In this document: positions 58,339 through 64,000 of the stretch, one piece after another
Position numbering within the stretch: the first letter of the stretch is position 1
Layout of the letters: each line of letters begins with the position of its first letter
From: an uncultured Trueperaceae bacterium
Lineage (GTDB): Bacteria; Deinococcota; Deinococci; Deinococcales; Trueperaceae
Reading direction: 5' to 3'
DNA length: 64,000 nt
NCBI GenBank assembly: GCA_963799485.1
Contig: CAWCXJ010000001.1
Coordinates: forward strand, 32,001 to 96,000
Program-made: the position numbers and the translations under genes
Notes under the pieces: model-generated
Databases searched by the model: none
What the model was told of the DNA's origin: nothing
What the model saw: the letters and a program-made list of their open reading frames with translations, nothing else

Positions 58339-59442
58339 ATGCCCACCCCTGACTTTTTATGGTTTTGTCAGCTCTCGCGCGACGGCGAGTTCGTCGGCAC
58401 TAAAGAACTTTCACCGCGTAAACCGACCCTCGAGTACCTTTCCGGCATCATCGAAACGGCGGCCGAAGCGGGGTTTTCCTCGCTCCTCACCGCAACCAAT
58501 TATCACCACGAAAACGAGACCTGGACGGCGGGCGTTGCCGCGCTCGCCCGCACGCGCGGGGCCGGACTCCTGCTCGCGGTGCGTCCCGGTATGTATCACC
58601 CTTCGCAGTACGCCAAGATGGTCGCAACCGCCGCCAACTTTTTTCCGGGTCGCGTCCGCATCAACGTCGTGACGGGTTCGTCACCCGCTGAAAATGCCAT
58701 GTACGGCGACTTCGAGCCGCACGCACAGCGCTACACACGCACCCGCGAATTCATGCTGCTCTTACGTAAACTCTGGCGCGAAACGCCGGTCTCGTTCGAG
58801 GGCGAGGTCTACCGGATTGAAAACGCCGTTGTCGATCCCAAACCGCCTGAAAACATCCCGCTCTACTTCGGCGGTGCGAGCGACGCCGCGCAGCGCATCG
58901 CCGCCGAACTCGCCGACGTTTACCTGATGTGGGGCGAACCGCAAGAGATGATCAAAGAGCGTCTGGAAAAGATGCAGGGTTTGAGCGCCGAATACGGTCG
59001 CACGCTCCGTTACGGCCTCCGGATGCACGTGATTGTCCGAGAGACCGAAGCCGAGGCGTGGGCCGCTGCCGAGCGGATGATTTCGCGTATCGACCCCGAG
59101 GTCCGGCAAGCCTTTTTGGAGTCGTACAAACACGTCGATTCGGTCGGGCAGCGCCGTCAGATCGAGATGGGTCTGAAGGGCGACCTGATGGTCGAGCCGC
59201 ACCTGTGGGCCGGTATCGGCTTGGCGCGGAGCGGCGTCGGGGTAGCGCTTGTCGGCGACCCGCAACAGGTCGCGGATAAACTAAGGGGTTATCAAAAGAT
59301 GGGCATCGACACCTTTATCTTGTCGAGCTATCCGCACCTCGAGGAAGCGCGGCGCTTCGGTGAGCTGGTGATGCCGTACTTTCAGGGCGGCAACGCCGAG
59401 CAGCGGGCGATTCATACCGATACGGTGGCTCCGGCGTTCTGA
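58339..59442 (+). CDS. LLM-class flavin-dependent monooxygenase (SsuD-like)
   Basis: LLAVRPG, GRVRINVVTG, YFGGAS, YLMWGEP, YGLRMHVIVRETEAEAW, LWAGIG, ILSSYPHLEEA. Confidence 0.85.
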   Translation: MPTPDFLWFCQLSRDGEFVGTKELSPRKPTLEYLSGIIETAAEAGFSSLLTATNYHHENETWTAGVAALARTRGAGLLLAVRPGMYHPSQYAKMVATAANFFPGRVRINVVTGSSPAENAMYGDFEPHAQRYTRTREFMLLLRKLWRETPVSFEGEVYRIENAVVDPKPPENIPLYFGGASDAAQRIAAELADVYLMWGEPQEMIKERLEKMQGLSAEYGRTLRYGLRMHVIVRETEAEAWAAAERMISRIDPEVRQAFLESYKHVDSVGQRRQIEMGLKGDLMVEPHLWAGIGLARSGVGVALVGDPQQVADKLRGYQKMGIDTFILSSYPHLEEARRFGELVMPYFQGGNAEQRAIHTDTVAPAF

Positions 59443-59460
59443 AGCTTAGAAAATTATGAA

Positions 59461-59483
59461 AGCCCTCGAGGCGCTCGAGGGCT
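59461..59483. other. Stem-loop built from two CTCGAG sites
   Basis: AGCCCTCGAG-GCG-CTCGAGGGCT. Confidence 0.55.
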
Positions 59484-59494
59484 CTATCCTGTAG

Positions 59495-60568
59495 GTGCGT
59501 TACGAGCTAAAGTCCATTGTGGAAGACCTAAACGACTTGCTAACCGAGGTTTTTCAGCAGTATGACGTTCCTTCACTGGCAGCGGCGGTTGTTTTTGGCG
59601 GGAAACTCTACGCGGCAGGCGCGGTAGGCGTCCGCAAACGTGGCGACAGCACACCCGTGACCGTAAACGACAGATATCATATCGGGTCGTGTACGAAGGC
59701 GATGACGGCGACGCTGGCGGGGATTCTAGTCAAGCGGGGTTTACTCGCTTGGAATACGACGTTGCGTAAAGTTTTTCCTGAAATGAAAATGCATCCGGCC
59801 TATCAATCCGTAACGCTCAAGCAGCTCTTGTCACATACGGCGGGAATGCCTGCTTTTACCGATTCAGAAGCCGAAGAAGCAGCTGACCCAATGCTAACAG
59901 AAACCGTTTTCGGGGTTGACGGCGTACCTATGAACGACCGGTTGGGGGTCGTCGTCCCCGAGCTTCTGCGCCGGGAACCTCGCACGCCACCGGGAAGCGC
60001 GTTCGAGTATTCCAATATGGGTTATGTGACGGCGGGCGCAGTGTTTGAAAAGCTGACGCAAACGCCTTTTGAGACACTTTTACCAACCGAAGTTTTTACG
60101 CCGCTCGGTCTGACTTCGGCAGGGTTTGGAGCGGCAGGTACAGCCGGGAAGATTGATGAACCCTGGGGTCACGCCCCTAAACCCGTCGAACCTGGGCCGG
60201 AGGCAGACAATCCGCCTGTCATTTCACCCGCAGGTTGTGTTCATATGTCCGTCGTAGATTTTGCCCGTCACGCGGTGTTTCATCTGACGGGTGAACCTAA
60301 ACGTGTGGGCCGAGAGACGCTCGAGGTTTTACACACACCCGTTTCTGAGAACTACGCTTTAGGTTGGGGTGTAGCTGAGCGCGAGTGGGCACCGGGAAAA
60401 CTGCTCACGCACGCGGGCTCGAACAACAGGTCGCTTGCCGTGAACTTGCTAGCTCCCGCGTTGGGCTTCTCTGTTGTCGCTGCGTGCAATTCGGGTATCG
60501 ATGAAGGGACTGAGGCGTTAGACGAAATTGTGCAAGCCGCCAAGCGCCGTTTCCTGAACGTAAAATAG
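59495..60568 (+). CDS. Beta-lactamase-related serine hydrolase
   Basis: SxxK (GSCTK), LLSHTAG, YSN, HAGS. Confidence 0.88.
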   Translation: MRYELKSIVEDLNDLLTEVFQQYDVPSLAAAVVFGGKLYAAGAVGVRKRGDSTPVTVNDRYHIGSCTKAMTATLAGILVKRGLLAWNTTLRKVFPEMKMHPAYQSVTLKQLLSHTAGMPAFTDSEAEEAADPMLTETVFGVDGVPMNDRLGVVVPELLRREPRTPPGSAFEYSNMGYVTAGAVFEKLTQTPFETLLPTEVFTPLGLTSAGFGAAGTAGKIDEPWGHAPKPVEPGPEADNPPVISPAGCVHMSVVDFARHAVFHLTGEPKRVGRETLEVLHTPVSENYALGWGVAEREWAPGKLLTHAGSNNRSLAVNLLAPALGFSVVAACNSGIDEGTEALDEIVQAAKRRFLNVK

Positions 60569-60617
60569 TCAGACCGAAAGCCTGACTACCTGTTTTTGAC
60601 CTGTCCTTGTGAACTGT

Positions 60618-61934
60618 TTACGCGCCGACGGCGACCGGCTCCAAAACGGCGCGGATTGCGCGCTCGAGCTTTTCCAACCCTTCACTCAGCTCCGCGTCCG
60701 ACATGCGAATCGGGGGTAACAGCCGAATGACGTTGCTGTAGGTGCCGGTCGTCAAGAGCAGCAGACCGTCCGCGCGGGCGTGTTCCAACACCGCCTGCGC
60801 CGCTTCGGGGTTGGGCGTTTTGTCCGGGCCGCTGACGAATTCAATCCCGACCATTGCGCCGAGGCCGCGCACATCGCCGATTTTAGGCAGGTCTTTTTGC
60901 AGCGACTTGAGTTTGTCGGTTGCTGCTGCGCCGATTTCTTGCGCGCGTTCCAGCAAGCCTTCTTCTTCGATGACCTCTAAAGTTGCCAAAGCCGCCGCAC
61001 ACGAAACCGGGTTGCCGCCGAAGGTACTACCGAGCTGTCCCGGCGCAATTTTGTCCATCACTTCGGCTTTCCCGATCACGGCTGAAAGCGGAAACCCCGA
61101 CGAGAGCGCCTTCGCCGAGCAGATGAGGTCGGGCTCGAGGCCGTAATGGTCAACCACCCACCACGCCCCGGTGCGCCCGATCCCGGCCTGCACCTCGTCG
61201 TCGATCCAGAGCGCGCCGATTTCCTTGGCGTAGGCCTGCAGACCTTCCAGAAACGCTTTGGGAGCCGGAATAAAGCCCCCTTCACCGGCGACGGGTTCGA
61301 TCATAAAGGCGGCGACTTCACCTTCGCCGATGACGTACTTAACCTGCTCTTTAAGCTCAGTAAGCGCTCTTTCAGCGACTTCGGCTTCAGTCGTTGCGCC
61401 CCACGGGTTGCGGTAGAGGTATGGATACTGCGCCCGGTAGACCTCGGCAGCCCTCGGCGCAAACCCGGCTTTGTAGGGATTGGCTTTCGCCGTAAGCGAC
61501 AGCGCCATGTGGGTACGCCCGTGAAACGCGTGCGTAAACGCGACGATGCCCTGTCGCCCGGTGGCGACTCGAGCGATCTTTACGGCGTTTTCGACGGCTT
61601 CCGCACCCGAATTGATTAAGAACGTGCGCTTTTCCGAGCTGCCCGGTGCAATTTCGTTGAGTTTTTCGGCAAGCTGAATATACGTCTCGTTCATCCCGAC
61701 GGCAAAACAGAGGTGCTGAAACGCCTCGGCTTGTTTCTTGACAGCTTCAACGACTTTCGGGTGCGAGTGACCGACGTTCATGACGGCAATCCCCACCGTC
61801 CAGTCGAGATACTTGTTACCGTCGGCGTCCCAGATATACGCACCCTCACCCTTGACCGGATAAACCGGGTGGGTCGAATACGCGGCGGGGGTAACAGCCC
61901 TACGGCGGCGCTCGGCTAAGCTCTGGTTGCTCAT
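60618..61934 (-). CDS. gabT: 4-aminobutyrate aminotransferase (class III)
   Basis: NSGAEAVENAVKIAR, AFHGRT, EPVAGEGG, DEVQAGIGRTG, AKAL, TFGGNPV. Confidence 0.85.
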   Translation of the reverse strand: MSNQSLAERRRRAVTPAAYSTHPVYPVKGEGAYIWDADGNKYLDWTVGIAVMNVGHSHPKVVEAVKKQAEAFQHLCFAVGMNETYIQLAEKLNEIAPGSSEKRTFLINSGAEAVENAVKIARVATGRQGIVAFTHAFHGRTHMALSLTAKANPYKAGFAPRAAEVYRAQYPYLYRNPWGATTEAEVAERALTELKEQVKYVIGEGEVAAFMIEPVAGEGGFIPAPKAFLEGLQAYAKEIGALWIDDEVQAGIGRTGAWWVVDHYGLEPDLICSAKALSSGFPLSAVIGKAEVMDKIAPGQLGSTFGGNPVSCAAALATLEVIEEEGLLERAQEIGAAATDKLKSLQKDLPKIGDVRGLGAMVGIEFVSGPDKTPNPEAAQAVLEHARADGLLLLTTGTYSNVIRLLPPIRMSDAELSEGLEKLERAIRAVLEPVAVGA

Positions 61935-62155
61935 CTAAACCTCCCGTATCAAAAAACCTGTGAATGTTAAACACTTGATGCGCTACGCTTACGATTTCTA
62001 GGCTATCGCGTAAAAATACACAGCATTCTGTAGCTGGCGTATAGTTGAATGGTAGCACCTTTTGAAGACGGTGTGAACCCCTGCCGGACATAGCTTGGGG
62101 GTATTTTCCGCAGTTGTCTAGCTGATTTTCTGTGCGGGGCGGTAGACTGCCCGTT

Positions 62156-62827
62156 ATGAACTTACGCGCGCTTATCTTCGATATGGACGGTACCCTCATC
62201 GACACGGACAATCAGCACTTCGACGCCTACGTCAAGGTGCTAGATGATATCGGTATGCCTTTAGACCGCGAGGAGTACAATACCAGAATGGCGGGGCGGC
62301 CTAATATGGAAATCCTGCGCGACTATTTTCCGGACGCGGATGACGCGTATCGGCGCGACCTTATGAACCGTAAAGAGCGTGCCTTTAGAAATACCGCAGC
62401 GACCTGGGAACCTCTTTCCGGCCTTTCTGAGCTGATGGCGTGGGCCCACGAACAGGACTTGGCGCAGGCGCTGGTGACGAGCGCCCCACGTGAAAACGCG
62501 GCGTATCTCCTCGACGCCGTAAAGCTGACCGGCGCGTTCGAGCCTGAGGTTTACGCCGACGAATTGCCGCGCGGCAAACCCGACCCGCTCCCTTATACGA
62601 CGGCGTTAGAGCTTTTAGGCGTCTTACCCGAACAAGCTCTCGTCTTTGAAGACTCGGCGAGCGGGGTGAAGTCGGGGGCCGGCGCGGGTATTTTGACGGT
62701 CGGCTTGGCGACGACGCAGCGCCCGGAAGTGCTGAAGGCGGCGGGGGCGACGCTGGTTATTTACGACTTCACCGACCCGGCGCTTTGGGATTTATTGGGG
62801 GAGCTGCTCCCGGTCGCTGCGCGGTAG
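62156..62827 (+). CDS. HAD-family phosphatase (beta-PGM/CbbY-like)
   Basis: FDMDGTL, VTS, GKPDP, FEDS..G; ATG 62156 lies 7 nt after TAGACT. Confidence 0.88.
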   Translation: MNLRALIFDMDGTLIDTDNQHFDAYVKVLDDIGMPLDREEYNTRMAGRPNMEILRDYFPDADDAYRRDLMNRKERAFRNTAATWEPLSGLSELMAWAHEQDLAQALVTSAPRENAAYLLDAVKLTGAFEPEVYADELPRGKPDPLPYTTALELLGVLPEQALVFEDSASGVKSGAGAGILTVGLATTQRPEVLKAAGATLVIYDFTDPALWDLLGELLPVAAR

Positions 62828-62836
62828 GCGTAAAGC

Positions 62837-63580
62837 GTGCGTGTGGCGGTCTCCTGGGACGATGAGGTGAAAGCTGAAGCTCAGGCACTCGCCAAACGGC
62901 TCGAGCTACCGCTCGCAGGCGAAATACAGGCGGACGCCCTTCTTTGTCTGACGCGTGAGCGGCTCGAGCTTCGCACTACCGGCCCGCACGCGCCGGGGCC
63001 GGTCTACGCCGATTTTACCGGGGGCCGCGCCGAGTATCGCCGTAAACACGGGGGTGGACGCGGGCAACTTCTGGCGCGGGCTGTTTTAGCTAAAGGCATT
63101 TCACCGACGGTCATCGACGCGACGGCGGGGCTTGGGCGCGACGCCTTCGTGCTGGCGTCACTCGGGGCGCGGGTAACGCTGCTCGAGCGCTCGCCTGTCG
63201 TCGGCGTTCTTTTAGAAGACGCCCTGCGCCGCGCGCGAACCTCTGAAGTTGCCGACATCGCCGCCCGGATGAAGCTTTATGTCGGCGACGCCGTAAACTA
63301 CTTGGCAGCGTTAAAGGAAACGGAACGCCCCGAGGTCATCTACCTCGACCCAATGTATCCACATACGAGTAAACGCGCCTTGCAAAAAAAAGAGATGCAG
63401 CTCTTTCGGCAACTCGTGGGCGCAGACGACGCCGCTGAACTACTAAACATCGCGCGGTGCACGGCTCTTAAACGTGTGGTAGTCAAACGTCCGGCTGGCG
63501 CACCGTTTTTAGGGGACATGCAACCTGATGGGCGGCTCGAGAGCAAAAACACCCGTTTCGATTTCTATCTCAGCCGCTGA
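62837..63580 (+). CDS. rsmJ: 16S rRNA m2G1516 methyltransferase
   Basis: DATAGLGRDAFVLA, YLDPMYP, KKEM, RVVVKRP, RFD.Y. Confidence 0.88.
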   Translation: MRVAVSWDDEVKAEAQALAKRLELPLAGEIQADALLCLTRERLELRTTGPHAPGPVYADFTGGRAEYRRKHGGGRGQLLARAVLAKGISPTVIDATAGLGRDAFVLASLGARVTLLERSPVVGVLLEDALRRARTSEVADIAARMKLYVGDAVNYLAALKETERPEVIYLDPMYPHTSKRALQKKEMQLFRQLVGADDAAELLNIARCTALKRVVVKRPAGAPFLGDMQPDGRLESKNTRFDFYLSR

Positions 63581-63637
63581 CGAAAAGCTGTCAACTACCC
63601 ATGACTAACGTCACGAGTGAAGGAGCCTAGCCCCACG

Positions 63638-63671
63638 AAAAAACCCGGATGAACTATCCGGGTTCGGTTTT
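63638..63671. terminator. Intrinsic terminator
   Basis: AAAAAACCCGGAT-GAACT-ATCCGGGTTCGGTTTT between convergent genes. Confidence 0.7.
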
Positions 63672-63725
63672 CAGTACCTGTCTAAAACGTACTGTCTAAA
63701 ACATACTCAGGTCGTGTACGTGCTG

Positions 63726-63971
63726 CTATCTGCGAACAGCTTTGACGATGGCCAACAGAATCACTGCCCCGATTACGGCGGTAATCAAACTGACAATCAA
63801 GTTGGCGTTCGGGTTGACGCCGAAAAGACCTACAACCCAACCGCCGATAAATGCGCCGATGATCCCTACAACGATGTCGATTAGAAGACCTTGCTCTGCG
63901 TTGGTCTTCATGATCATGCTGGCAATCCAGCCTGCCAGCGCGCCAATAATAAGCCATAAAATGAAACCCAT
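63726..63971 (-). CDS. GlsB/YeaQ/YmgE stress-response membrane protein
   Basis: WLIIGALAGWIAS..M, DIVVGIIGAFIGG, AVIGAVILL. Confidence 0.88.
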   Translation of the reverse strand: MGFILWLIIGALAGWIASMIMKTNAEQGLLIDIVVGIIGAFIGGWVVGLFGVNPNANLIVSLITAVIGAVILLAIVKAVRR

Positions 63972-64000
63972 ACGTTCATTCCCCTTTCAAGACTCCTGTT

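Overview
GC-rich chromosomal window from a Deinococcota bacterium, most likely Trueperaceae-like. The evidence is a Thermus-type homoisocitrate dehydrogenase, a divergent greA/gfh1 pair, a Deinococcota-type RpoZ and many leaderless-type -10 boxes. Most of the window is housekeeping: lysS, glnK-amt, murJ, surE, recG, serA, tsaE/tsaB, gmk-rpoZ-coaBC, gabT and rsmJ. It also holds one degenerate IS1595 element, several frameshifted genes and a block of uncharacterised surface lipoproteins (14.4-20.8 kb). Highlights: (1) a tightly coupled minus-strand operon mreB-like / SpoIVB(S55) / lpxD / lpxC / gnnA-like oxidoreductase / fabZ / lpxA / lpxB-like / msbA-like / SAM methyltransferase, pointing to an atypical lipid A-like glycolipid; (2) window-wide over-representation of the palindrome CTCGAG (about 125 sites by eye, none inside the IS), resembling a HIP1-like iterated palindrome; (3) a candidate uORF/attenuator leader before glnK-amt; (4) a coupled membrane protein plus coiled-coil/roadblock-like gene pair. 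No rRNA, tRNA or CRISPR array was recognised. All family calls come from motif recognition by eye; no database searches were run.
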